A stretch of DNA of 62,912 nt from an uncultured Chitinophagaceae bacterium (GCA_964650845.1 CAZYXR010000002.1:15603-78514); one strand, 5' to 3'; positions 20,985 to 30,722 are shown, counted from the first letter of the stretch. Notes: a model not told the origin generated them from the letters alone. Made by a program: numbers and translations.

Positions 20985-21800
20985 ATGTTTATAGAACAAT
21001 CGCATAATACTCTTTTTGAGCAACAGGGGTACGTTGTACTTCCACTGCTTGAACAAAAGGATATTTCGTATCTCGAAAGTCTTTATATTGAAAGTGCGTC
21101 CGATGCACAAGTAAAAGAACCTTTTTACACTTCTGTGTGGAGCCCAAACAGAGCTTACCGAAAGTTTGTTTACGAAAAAGTAAGCCCTATAATGTTTAAT
21201 CAGGTTGCTAAATTTTTGTTAGACAGCGAACCAATATTTTCCAACTTTCATGTCAAAAAAAGTGGCGGAGATAGTGCATTGATTCCACATCAAGATTGGA
21301 ACTTTGTGGATGAAACAAAGCACCAGTCAATGACAATTTGGTGCCCGCTAACCAATGTAGATGAAAAGAACGGAGCTTTGCAGGTAGTATCAGGGTCGCA
21401 TCGCATGAATAATTATGTAAGAGGGCGTTTTTTTGACTCCCCTTTTGAAAACATTCGGGATACTGTAGTCAAAGCTAAAATGACATCAATTCCTATGAAA
21501 ACCGGAGAGGCTATTTTTTTTCATTCACGATTGATTCATGCTTCGTCCCCTAACTTATCAAATAGTACTCGTGTGGCGGCATCTGTTGTAGTGGTACCTA
21601 ATGGAACACCCATTGTTCATGATGTATTAGATAGAAAATCCGCTACTGTTAAACGGATGAAAGTAACCCCCGATTTTTTTTATAATTATAGTTGTTATGA
21701 TGATTTATTGGGTATTGCTGGCATAGAACAGGGCACTTATCGTTATGAAGCAATTTCGGGTATAGAATTAGATGCTGTTTGTGGCAAGAGGCACTATTGA
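20985..21800 (+). CDS. PhyH family Fe(II)/2OG oxygenase, paralogue 3
   Basis: IPHQDWNFVDE, WCPLTNVDEKNGALQVVSGSH, RLIHASSPNLSNSTR. Confidence 0.8.
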   Translation: MFIEQSHNTLFEQQGYVVLPLLEQKDISYLESLYIESASDAQVKEPFYTSVWSPNRAYRKFVYEKVSPIMFNQVAKFLLDSEPIFSNFHVKKSGGDSALIPHQDWNFVDETKHQSMTIWCPLTNVDEKNGALQVVSGSHRMNNYVRGRFFDSPFENIRDTVVKAKMTSIPMKTGEAIFFHSRLIHASSPNLSNSTRVAASVVVVPNGTPIVHDVLDRKSATVKRMKVTPDFFYNYSCYDDLLGIAGIEQGTYRYEAISGIELDAVCGKRHY

Positions 21801-21821
21801 GTTTATATGTAAGGAGACAAT

Positions 21822-22727
21822 ATGAAGAATCCAATTTTTAAAAGCGAAGAAGAGCAAGCAACATTTGAAAAAGATGGCTATGTAGTTGTTCGGAGGTTGA
21901 TACCTCCGCCCATTGTGGAGGCACTTAATGCACTATACTTAATGCATGAAAAAGAATCTCAGGCGGATCAGCATGGGATGAGCAATTCCTCACATGCAAG
22001 AAGCCCAGAAGCAGCTCTAAAAATATGCCAACAAATGGAATCGCTTGTTACAGAGTACGTGGATAAGCATTTGATAAACTATAAATTTTTAGGGGGAGGT
22101 TTTTTAGTTAAAAAAAGTGGAGAAGATTCGTACTTTGATATGCATCAAGACAGAACTCTTGTAGAAGAACCACAGTATTGCTCATTAAATTTTTGGATGA
22201 GTTTGGACGACATTGGCAAAGATCGCGGACGGTTGTTTGTGCTGAAAGGTTCTCCTCGACTAAGCCCATATATTCGGACGGCTCCTGAGTATTCAATGAA
22301 GTTGAATCAAGTTAAAAAAGTTGCCCCACATTTCTTTACTTACTTGGATACAGAAGCGGGCGATGTTGTGTTTTTTAACCACGCCCTTATTCACGGCTCA
22401 GAAAAAAACCTGTCTGGACGCAACAGAATGGCAGCAACAATGGGGGTATATAGTACGGATGCATCATTGTCAATTTATTATAAAGATTCCGAAAGTCCAC
22501 CAGACAAAGCTGAGCGGTATCTCATAGATAATCAAGTATTTATCAATTCAAGAAATGGGCGCCCACCCAAAGAGGATTTTAATGGATTTGTTCACCTCGG
22601 TAAAGCGTGGAGCAGCCCTATAACCCCAAAACAACTTTCTGATTTTATGATGCAACAATTAAGTTTCAAAGAGAAGGTAATCGTCTATGGAAGGAAAATG
22701 AAATCTGTTTTTCAGAAGAAGTATTAA
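21822..22727 (+). CDS. PhyH family Fe(II)/2OG oxygenase, paralogue 4
   Basis: MHQDRTLVEE, FWMSLDDIGKDRGRLFVLKGS, LIHGSEKNLSGRNR. Confidence 0.8.
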   Translation: MKNPIFKSEEEQATFEKDGYVVVRRLIPPPIVEALNALYLMHEKESQADQHGMSNSSHARSPEAALKICQQMESLVTEYVDKHLINYKFLGGGFLVKKSGEDSYFDMHQDRTLVEEPQYCSLNFWMSLDDIGKDRGRLFVLKGSPRLSPYIRTAPEYSMKLNQVKKVAPHFFTYLDTEAGDVVFFNHALIHGSEKNLSGRNRMAATMGVYSTDASLSIYYKDSESPPDKAERYLIDNQVFINSRNGRPPKEDFNGFVHLGKAWSSPITPKQLSDFMMQQLSFKEKVIVYGRKMKSVFQKKY

Positions 22728-22775
22728 CTATGCAAAAAAAGAATTTTTTTATTTCATTATAGTAATATACTCGCT

Positions 22776-23603
22776 ATGCTTTTCAAAGATAAATCGCTGT
22801 ATGAGTTATATCGTAAAGACGGCTATGTTGTGCTCCCGCTTTTTGACGATAATTATCTGGGTGCTTTGAAAGAACTTTATCAAAAAAACACCATCGGTCA
22901 AGAAAAAGGACTACTACCTTCCTTGAGATATAGGAGCAATGACGAGAAAGTAACAGAGTATAATGATATTGCTGCAATCGTTGATACCGCACTAAGAAGA
23001 TATTTCGAAGACTTTGATTATGTTGCAAATCATTTTATCACGAAAACAGCTAATAATCCTGATGAATTTAGACTACATCAAGACTGGAATGTTACTGACG
23101 AAGATAAGTATATCGCTGCACATATTTGGTCGCCTTTGCAGGATACCGATGAACAAAACGGAGGATTGTTTGTTGTTAAAGGCAGTCACAACTTTTTCAA
23201 AAATTTCCGCTCTGGTTCATTAGGAATACCTTTTATCACAACTACCGAAAGCGTAAAGCAGCATATCACTTCCTTTAAATTAAAGCAAGGTGAAGCAATT
23301 GTTTATAATCAGGCATTGTTTCACGGCTCTCATCCCAACAATACCGATACAGACAGAAAAGTCGTATTAAGTTGTATTAAACCCAAAGAAGCTCCTATGC
23401 TGATTTATCATAAGGAAGGCGCAGATAGTTCAGGAACAAGAATAAAAGCATATAAAATCACCCCCAATATGCTGTTGGAGCAAATTGCGGAACTTGAAAA
23501 AGGAGCAGTGCCCGAACAAGCAGCCCTTTATTCAGAATTTACAGTTTCAAATTCGCAGCAAAAAGAGATAAATAATTATAGTTTTGAAGCACATCTTCGC
23601 TAA
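22776..23603 (+). CDS. PhyH family Fe(II)/2OG oxygenase, paralogue 5
   Basis: LHQDWNVTDE, IWSPLQDTDEQNGGLFVVKGSH, LFHGSHPNNTDTDR. Confidence 0.8.
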   Translation: MLFKDKSLYELYRKDGYVVLPLFDDNYLGALKELYQKNTIGQEKGLLPSLRYRSNDEKVTEYNDIAAIVDTALRRYFEDFDYVANHFITKTANNPDEFRLHQDWNVTDEDKYIAAHIWSPLQDTDEQNGGLFVVKGSHNFFKNFRSGSLGIPFITTTESVKQHITSFKLKQGEAIVYNQALFHGSHPNNTDTDRKVVLSCIKPKEAPMLIYHKEGADSSGTRIKAYKITPNMLLEQIAELEKGAVPEQAALYSEFTVSNSQQKEINNYSFEAHLR

Positions 23604-23604
23604 C

Positions 23605-24492
23605 ATGGAAAGTATTTATAACTCTATTTTTAAGGATGTCAATGTTGGCAAGAAGTTAGAGCAGAGCGGGTGGGCATTACTTGATTTTTGCAATCAAGAA
23701 ACAATAGAAGTACTGGAAAAAAAATTCACCGAACTATTGCCTCTCTTCAATGAAATGCCGCTAATTATCACGCTGCTTCATCAACACAGAACAGTTACTC
23801 AGCAAGTACACAATACTATTTTGTCGGAGTTAAGAGCAGATTTCAATAGACATTTCAGGAGTTACAAAGTACCTATCGCTCATTTTTTTGTAAAAACAAA
23901 AAACTCTCCACACATTGGACTACATCAAGATCCAATGATTACCGATCAGGCTATTCAGCCAAGCTATGGTTTATGGATACCTTTAATAGATACAGACGAA
24001 AACAACGGTGCTTTAGCTGTACTTGACGGAAGTCATCGCTGGTTTCATCCTTTTCAGGCCGACACGGTTCCGATGTCAATAGGTGAGATATGGAAAAGGT
24101 TAATACCTGAATGTACTATACTAAGCCTAAAGAAAGGGCAGGCAGTGCTAATGGATAACCGTCTTGTGCATTATTCTTATCCTGTCTTAACAAATGAAAT
24201 CAGACCTGCCGCTGTTATCAAACTTACACATATAGACAATACTTATTACACATTATATCAAAACAATGAGAGTATATCATTGATTAAAAACAATGAAAAT
24301 TTTTATTTGAATGAATCGTGGGTTTGCGACAAAACAAAATTCCCTCCCGGTGAAATTGTTGGCATACTTGACTTTGAACCTCGTGCTATTAGTTATGAAG
24401 AGTATCAAACTATAAAATCCGCTAACATCCGTAGCTCTTTTCAAACAAAAACGATATTTGATTTTTTGAAAAGTGGGCAACCAAATAGATAA
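23605..24492 (+). CDS. PhyH family Fe(II)/2OG oxygenase, paralogue 6
   Basis: The ATG at 23605 lies 1 nt after the upstream TAA. Motifs: LHQDPMITDQ, LWIPLIDTDENNGALAVLDGSH, RLVHYSYPVLTNEIR. Confidence 0.75.
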   Translation: MESIYNSIFKDVNVGKKLEQSGWALLDFCNQETIEVLEKKFTELLPLFNEMPLIITLLHQHRTVTQQVHNTILSELRADFNRHFRSYKVPIAHFFVKTKNSPHIGLHQDPMITDQAIQPSYGLWIPLIDTDENNGALAVLDGSHRWFHPFQADTVPMSIGEIWKRLIPECTILSLKKGQAVLMDNRLVHYSYPVLTNEIRPAAVIKLTHIDNTYYTLYQNNESISLIKNNENFYLNESWVCDKTKFPPGEIVGILDFEPRAISYEEYQTIKSANIRSSFQTKTIFDFLKSGQPNR

Positions 24493-24514
24493 TGCTCTAT
24501 ATTAGATAGTTTAC

Positions 24515-25501
24515 ATGCAACAAGAAGTATATATTACCGATTATTTCTTCGAAAGGAAGTATGCACCAACATATACTTTAATACCTCCTTTTCCCATGGA
24601 GGTATTATTAGATGTTACCTCCTTTTGTAATCACGCCTGCACATTTTGTACAAACCCAGATATTGAGCTCAAAAAAACCGTAAATAAGGAATTAGCACTC
24701 AAATTTATTCAAGATTCATACAACTTAGGTGCGCGCAGGTTGGGCGTGTTTGGTACGGGAGAATCATTTCTTTATAAGCAACTTTATGAATATATTCTCT
24801 TTGCAAAAAAGATAGGATTTGACTACGTATATATTAAAACAAACGGAGCGTTATGCACTATTGAAAAGTTGGCACCCGTTTTAGATGCCGGCTTAGATTC
24901 ATTGCGTTTTTCTATACATGCCGGCACAAGAGAATCTTATAAAAAAGTACAAGGTAAGGATGACTTTGATAAGGTGTTGAAGAATGTACAGCAAGCAGAT
25001 AAATACAGAAAAGAGAAAAAATTGAATGTTGAAATTGCTGTAAGTATGGTAGTAACCAGTATTGCAGGCAACGAGTTAGATTTACTGAAAAAACACATAG
25101 GCGATTGTGTAGATGTGTGGGACGTACAAGACTTGAATTCGCAATGTGGTAATTTACTGGATAACAAAGAGAAAGGCGAAATTAAAGGAGGCGGCCCTCG
25201 ATTCGATTTCAAAGCAGGGAAGTGTAAACAGCCATTTTCTTCATTATCGCTTACTCCAGAAGGCTATATTTCTGCATGTATTATGGATTTTAATGGTGAT
25301 TTGATAGCAGGAGATTTTAATGAAACTGAACTAAAAGAAATATGGGAAGGTGAGGTGCTTGTAAAGTTCAGAAAAGACCACATAGAGAACAACCTAAAAG
25401 ACCATATTTGTTACGCTTGTATTTATAATAAAGAGAATGAACATAAGCCGCTGCTTGAAAAGTTTTCAAGAAAATATCGAGTAAAACAAGTGTTGGGATA
25501 G
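24515..25501 (+). CDS. radical SAM enzyme with C-terminal SPASM/twitch-type Cys cluster
   Basis: CNHACTFC (CxxxCxxC) near the N-terminus, and a C-terminal CKQPFSSLSLTPEGYISAC...ELKEIWEG...HICYAC. Confidence 0.85.
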   Translation: MQQEVYITDYFFERKYAPTYTLIPPFPMEVLLDVTSFCNHACTFCTNPDIELKKTVNKELALKFIQDSYNLGARRLGVFGTGESFLYKQLYEYILFAKKIGFDYVYIKTNGALCTIEKLAPVLDAGLDSLRFSIHAGTRESYKKVQGKDDFDKVLKNVQQADKYRKEKKLNVEIAVSMVVTSIAGNELDLLKKHIGDCVDVWDVQDLNSQCGNLLDNKEKGEIKGGGPRFDFKAGKCKQPFSSLSLTPEGYISACIMDFNGDLIAGDFNETELKEIWEGEVLVKFRKDHIENNLKDHICYACIYNKENEHKPLLEKFSRKYRVKQVLG

Positions 25502-25521
25502 AGAATTCTTACGGAATTTAT

Positions 25522-26679
25522 ATGATACACAAACAAAGAATATCGTTGTTGATGATGATCGCAATCGCTGTTGCGATTGTTTACAACGGGTGCAATTTTT
25601 ATAAACCCCAGCAAGACTCTATACACAATCACGAAAAGTATAAGAATATATCAAGGGCAGATCTCTTGAATGCGTGTCAATCGTGCCATGCAGAACAACA
25701 CAAAAATGAACAACTTGGTCCACACGCCAATGCTTATAAGGCTTTGGCAGAGCATAAAGAGTATGTTAATTCTACTGAATATAATTTAGCTGGATACACC
25801 ACACTTGTAAACCGCGATTTAGAGACAGAATGTATTAATTGCCATGCCCCCAAGAATTTGTTTGAAGATGCTTATGTTGGATTAGAGCTTTTGTCCATGT
25901 CCGTGTTAAGCAAAATGCCTACGGATACATTTTTTACAGAACCCAAACCAAGAATAGCGGAGCGACTGACGGGTATTGATTGTCTTTCATGTCACTACAA
26001 TGGTAAAGACGTTTTGGCTTCAAAGAACTTCAAAGAGAAAAAAGAAAGTCGTTCGATAGAAGGATATTGTTTTCCTAAACCATCTGCTTTTTTAAGCTCA
26101 GATCTTCTTTGTGCCAGTTGCCATAAAAGTAATTATAACGATAAAGAAGATTTTTTGGGGATTACTTCTATGAACTGCAATAGTTGCCACACAGAAAAAA
26201 TACAAGGCAGCTCCACACATTACACTTATTGGAAAAACCGAAAAAAAGAAGTGCTTGATAGTTCTTACTACGAAGGTATGATAGCGGGTCTAAAGATTAC
26301 AAATGAAAAAGACAAAATATTTGTGCAACTAAAAAATACATCAATCCCTCATCCATTTAATATTTGTAGAGAAACGGGTGTTTTGTTTGAATTTAAGAAT
26401 AGTAATAATGCTGTTTTGACTGAGAAACGAGTAGTGTTAAACCGAAAAGATGTTTACTGTAGTTTTGTTGATATACCACAATTTGCAAAAGAAGCAAAAG
26501 CGGCAAGCGAGTCGGGCAATGCATTTGAATACAATGCAGAGCCGATTACTTTTGAGGTTGATAAAGCAAAACATAAAGGGATAACAACCGTAGGGGTGAG
26601 CGTATTAACCAAGGGGCAATATTGGCATGATGATAGCACAGGAGATGTAACAATCCGAAAGTCCTATCCCATAAATTGA
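25522..26679 (+). CDS. lipoprotein with five CxxCH motifs (putative penta-haem c-type cytochrome)
   Basis: A signal/TM segment ends in VYNGC. The motifs are CQSCH, CINCH, CLSCH, CASCH and CNSCH, followed by a ~130-aa C-terminal domain without Cys motifs. Confidence 0.65.
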   Translation: MIHKQRISLLMMIAIAVAIVYNGCNFYKPQQDSIHNHEKYKNISRADLLNACQSCHAEQHKNEQLGPHANAYKALAEHKEYVNSTEYNLAGYTTLVNRDLETECINCHAPKNLFEDAYVGLELLSMSVLSKMPTDTFFTEPKPRIAERLTGIDCLSCHYNGKDVLASKNFKEKKESRSIEGYCFPKPSAFLSSDLLCASCHKSNYNDKEDFLGITSMNCNSCHTEKIQGSSTHYTYWKNRKKEVLDSSYYEGMIAGLKITNEKDKIFVQLKNTSIPHPFNICRETGVLFEFKNSNNAVLTEKRVVLNRKDVYCSFVDIPQFAKEAKAASESGNAFEYNAEPITFEVDKAKHKGITTVGVSVLTKGQYWHDDSTGDVTIRKSYPIN

Positions 26680-26754
26680 AATTAAGTATAATTGCGCTCA
26701 GGCAAATGATTTATTGTTTCGCAGTGGCAAACAATTACATAGATAAAAGCATCA

Positions 26755-27987
26755 ATGTCTCTTCCAATAATTTCAGTCAATAATGTAGCAAAATCTTTCA
26801 AAGTTGCCGATAGCAATACACAAACAGTAGGGATTGGCAGTACATTTTGGGCATTAAAAGATATTTCTTTTGACGTTTTGGAAGGAGAAGTGTTGGGAAT
26901 AATTGGGCGCAATGGCTCAGGCAAAAGCACACTACTTAAAATTCTAAGTAACATAGTTAAACCATCCTCAGGCACAGTTATGTTAAGAGGAAATGTTACA
27001 TCTATTTTAGAGATTGGGTCTGGCTTTCATCCAGAACTCACTGGGATAGAAAATATTTTTCTCTATGGTAGTATGCTTGGAATGAGCCGAAAAGAAATAA
27101 ACCAATTGTTGGAAGAGATTGTTGATTTCAGCGAAATAGGAGATTTCGTTAATGAGCAAGTAAAAAATTATTCCAGCGGTATGTATCTACGCCTTGCATT
27201 GTCGGTAGTGCTGCAGGCGCACATTTCAACCCTTATAGTTGATGAAGTATTAGCGGTAGGCGATGCCGGGTTTAAAAAAAAGACGTTTGACAAAATCAGC
27301 TCACTTATCAAAAAGAGAGGCGTTTCTGTTGTAATGGTATCTCATGGAATGAACGACCTAATTGAGTTAAGCAATAGGTGTATTTACTTAGAAAAAGGAA
27401 GAATAGTTGACGAAGGTCTGCCCGATGATATCATTTCACGGTATTTGGTGGATGTTACTTCTGGAAACAATAGAAAAGTGCCACCTGGTTCTGTAAAAAA
27501 GTTGGAATGGGATAATGTGCCAGAGGCTCCGGGCAATAATCAGGTGCGACTAATTGGAGTAGCCATAAAACAAGATCAAGAAGAACAGCGAAGCGATATT
27601 TTTATTGAAGATGCCCTTTTTTTTGAAGTTGAATTTGTAAAACTGACAGACAATATTGCTTTAAATGTAACCCTTGTTTTTTACGATGCATTACAAACCC
27701 CGCTGTTTTTTGCCACATCATTGTACAACAAAGCAGAAGCAGATATAGACAACTTATATCAAACAGAGAAAGGTCGCTTGAAGTATTCTTGTTTTATACC
27801 AAGTTTTTTCAATGCAGGGCATTATTCTTTTCAAGTAAAGTTTGGTACAGAGAGCGAACCGGAACTCTATGTACATAGCGAAAAGTTTAGTTTTTCAGTA
27901 AAAAAGAATCCCATTTTAAAGTATCAAGAGATAAAACCAGTGATACTTAGACCGAGTTTCAATTGGGTTCATCAAAGAATTCTATAG
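26755..27987 (+). CDS. ABC transporter ATP-binding protein, Wzt/TagH (polysaccharide-export) type with an extra C-terminal domain
   Basis: Walker A GRNGSGKSTLLK, signature YSSGMYLRLAL, and Walker B LIVDEVLAVGD, plus ~170 aa of extension beyond the NBD. Confidence 0.85.
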   Translation: MSLPIISVNNVAKSFKVADSNTQTVGIGSTFWALKDISFDVLEGEVLGIIGRNGSGKSTLLKILSNIVKPSSGTVMLRGNVTSILEIGSGFHPELTGIENIFLYGSMLGMSRKEINQLLEEIVDFSEIGDFVNEQVKNYSSGMYLRLALSVVLQAHISTLIVDEVLAVGDAGFKKKTFDKISSLIKKRGVSVVMVSHGMNDLIELSNRCIYLEKGRIVDEGLPDDIISRYLVDVTSGNNRKVPPGSVKKLEWDNVPEAPGNNQVRLIGVAIKQDQEEQRSDIFIEDALFFEVEFVKLTDNIALNVTLVFYDALQTPLFFATSLYNKAEADIDNLYQTEKGRLKYSCFIPSFFNAGHYSFQVKFGTESEPELYVHSEKFSFSVKKNPILKYQEIKPVILRPSFNWVHQRIL

Positions 27988-28099
27988 ACGTTAGACAGAA
28001 AATTATTCTTCAGAGAAATGACAATCACTTTAACTGTTCTTTTCTGCAAAAATTTTATTTGAATCAACTTGCTGTCTTGTTTTTTGAAATGGTGTATGC

Positions 28100-29330
28100 C
28101 TAACGTTTAAAAAAATGGCTATAAATAAGTCGTGCAGCTTCATTATATCCAGTGGAGTTAAAATGTGCATCTATATGCCAATATAGTTGTTCAGGCTTAT
28201 TATATCTTGATAGGCTATCATTTAAATTAAGGTATTCTATGTTTAACTCAGTTAATTGCTTATTTAATGCCATATACTCATTATTAACACTCAAAACTTC
28301 CGATAGCACAGGGGTGAGTACCACATAAAGCCTTACATTTTCTTTATCTGTCCAAGGAATAATTGAGAACTTAAACAGCTCTATAATCTGTTTTATAGCT
28401 TCTTGCGCTGCAGCTGTTTTATCTTCCTTTGTCATCAGTGTAAAATCATAACCAAGCACATTATGCATAAAAAGCCTAAATACATAACTTATTGCGTAAA
28501 GCGGTTCCCAAAATGGAGGTTTGCGAAATTGTATAGAACCATCATCTAAAAATCTCCCCCCCCCCGCGCATCATAACATCATTTATATCGCTTTGATTCA
28601 TCATAAAAATTGCTCCGTAAACAGGATACCGAGATTTTAATACCTTCAAAAGATTAAACTCAAAGAAAGGATCGCTTCCACTACTTCCACCATTCACAAT
28701 TTCTATATTAGTATCAATTTGGGCAATATGTTTTTCAAGAAGAAAAGGATATGTACTATCATGGGGTGCCCCAAATGATTCTGTGAAAGAGTCGCCTAAC
28801 GTGATAATCGTTTTTTTGTTTTTACTCGGCAGTTTACCCCTTAAGCCTAGTTCATTGGTTTTTTCATTCGTATAATTGAACTCAGGTGCTTCATAATCTC
28901 TTGTTACATTTGCATCAGCTATATGTAAATGCTTGATTTTATCTTCCGAATTATTTTTTACAGACGAAATCTTATTATAATCTGTGTCATACATCGTATA
29001 ATACTCTCCGCTCAACCTTTCAGAATAAGTAATTGGGTATTTGAAATAAAACCTAAGGGTTGTTTCTGCTATAAATAAAGAAAATACGATAGAAGCAAAT
29101 AACAACAAAACATAGTTGGGCTTAATATTTAATACTTTGAAGATTACAAAAGGCAATATAAATAGGATTGTGTAGTATAAAATCGTAACAGTGAATGTTG
29201 ATTCACCATTAAATGGCATAGACAAGTAGTCTGGTATCTTTAACGCAATAAGTATTTTTAATGCAAAGAATATTATCAGAGTGTATTTCAATACTTTTAT
29301 AAACATATTTGATTTGTGGAATTGCATCAT
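28100..29330 (-). pseudogene. membrane-anchored SGNH hydrolase/O-acyltransferase (paralogue 2) interrupted by a frameshift at a G10 tract
   Basis: The upstream ORF has TLGDSFTESFG (block I) and NGGSSGSDP. The downstream ORF has IDAHFNSTG (DxxH). The downstream frame is open back to the G-run, and removing one G fuses the two. Confidence 0.65.
28556..28565. repeat. homopolymer tract C10 (+) / G10 (coding strand)
   Basis: Read directly from the sequence: ...aatctcccccccccccgcgca... Confidence 0.95.
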
Positions 29331-29414
29331 TTCTTTTTTATCTAAAGTAAGGCGGCAAGATAACAAAATACGAATTTCGTCTGATGTTTTTGTTACCTTT
29401 GTAATCTGAATTGT

Positions 29415-30722
29415 ATGCCATCTCCTACCCCCAATAAAATAACTTGTGTAAAGGATGTGTCCGAGAGTAAAGCCTTCTGCATTAAACCTTGGGTACACTT
29501 GCACGTTTCGGTTCATGGCAAGGTTACTCCATGTTGTCAGGCAGCGTGGGAAAATTATGAATTTGGAGACATTAACCAAGAAAGTTTTGGCGAAATATGG
29601 AATGGCGAAAAGATGAGAGAATTTCGCTTAGCGATGCTAAAGGATGATTTTAATTTCCGTTGTCATTACTGCTATAATATTGAAAAAGAGGGGCTTCAGA
29701 GTCATAGAATGCTCACTAACTCAATTTATGCAGACAAATTACCTTGGGTGCTTGAGACAGATGCTACGGGAATATCGCCTAAGGCAAAGCCTGTTTCATG
29801 GGATATTCGCATTTCCAATTTGTGTAACTTTAAGTGTAGAATTTGCGGGCATCATTCAAGTTCCAGTTGGTATGAAGATGCAAAAGCACTTGGATTGCAA
29901 AGGTCAGTGCATAATGAATCTTTATTTTATGATCGCAAAGTTAATAAAGGGACTAAAGATTTTGATTTGTTGATGCGGCAATTGGATTTTGTGATTCCCG
30001 ATTTGGAAGAAATTTATTTTGCCGGAGGCGAGCCTCTTATTGCTAAGGAGCACTATCAAATTCTTCAAAAACTAATTGAACGCGGAAAGACAGATGTCCG
30101 TTTACGCTATCATACCAATTTCTCAAAAACTGTTTTTGGAGGAATAGATGTTTTCAAGTTATGGAAAAATTTTGACGATGTAGGTGTGTGGGCCAGTTTA
30201 GATGATAGTGGGCATAGAGGAGAATTGCAGCGTAACGGGCAGAGGTGGAAAGAAGCAGAAGAGAATCGTGAACGGATGCAGAAAGAATGTGCTAACGTGT
30301 CTTTTGCCATAAATAGCACTATCAGTTTGTTTAATATCCAGCACTTCCCCGATTTTCATCGAGATTGGACAGAAAAAGGTCTCATCTGCATAAATCAGAT
30401 AACTCCACATCTTTTATTACACCCTCTTTATTATAGTATTCAAATATTGCCCAAAGAGATAAAACTTCGGGTTGAAGAAAAAATAAATAGTCACATTTCA
30501 TGGATAAAGGAATATGCTCAAGCACATCCTGACTGTATAGACGCTAACGCGCCCTCGGTAGAAAACTTAATCAATGAGTTGAAAGGATACTTAAAATATA
30601 TGAACTCAAAAGATGAAACAAGGCTGATATCGGAGTTCAGAGAAATGACTGCCAAACTTGATAAACTCCGACAAGAAAACACAGCAGAAACATTTCCTGA
30701 ATTAGCTGAATTGTTCTTATAA
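29415..30722 (+). CDS. radical SAM enzyme with N-terminal twitch (truncated SPASM) domain
   Basis: An N-terminal FCIKPWVHLHVSVHGKVTPCC...FGEIWNGEKMREFR, then CNFKCRIC (CxxxCxxC). It is divergent from the SGNH pseudogene. Confidence 0.8.
   Translation: MPSPTPNKITCVKDVSESKAFCIKPWVHLHVSVHGKVTPCCQAAWENYEFGDINQESFGEIWNGEKMREFRLAMLKDDFNFRCHYCYNIEKEGLQSHRMLTNSIYADKLPWVLETDATGISPKAKPVSWDIRISNLCNFKCRICGHHSSSSWYEDAKALGLQRSVHNESLFYDRKVNKGTKDFDLLMRQLDFVIPDLEEIYFAGGEPLIAKEHYQILQKLIERGKTDVRLRYHTNFSKTVFGGIDVFKLWKNFDDVGVWASLDDSGHRGELQRNGQRWKEAEENRERMQKECANVSFAINSTISLFNIQHFPDFHRDWTEKGLICINQITPHLLLHPLYYSIQILPKEIKLRVEEKINSHISWIKEYAQAHPDCIDANAPSVENLINELKGYLKYMNSKDETRLISEFREMTAKLDKLRQENTAETFPELAELFL

Noticed and set aside
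26682-26975. A 97-aa minus-strand ORF overlapping the start of the ABC ATPase gene; also 16328-16591 (minus), 17952-18185 (minus) and 31743-31967 (minus) in cluster intergenic regions.
   Set aside because: They have no motifs and overlap better-supported genes or promoter regions. Their composition is typical of chance ORFs in AT-rich DNA.
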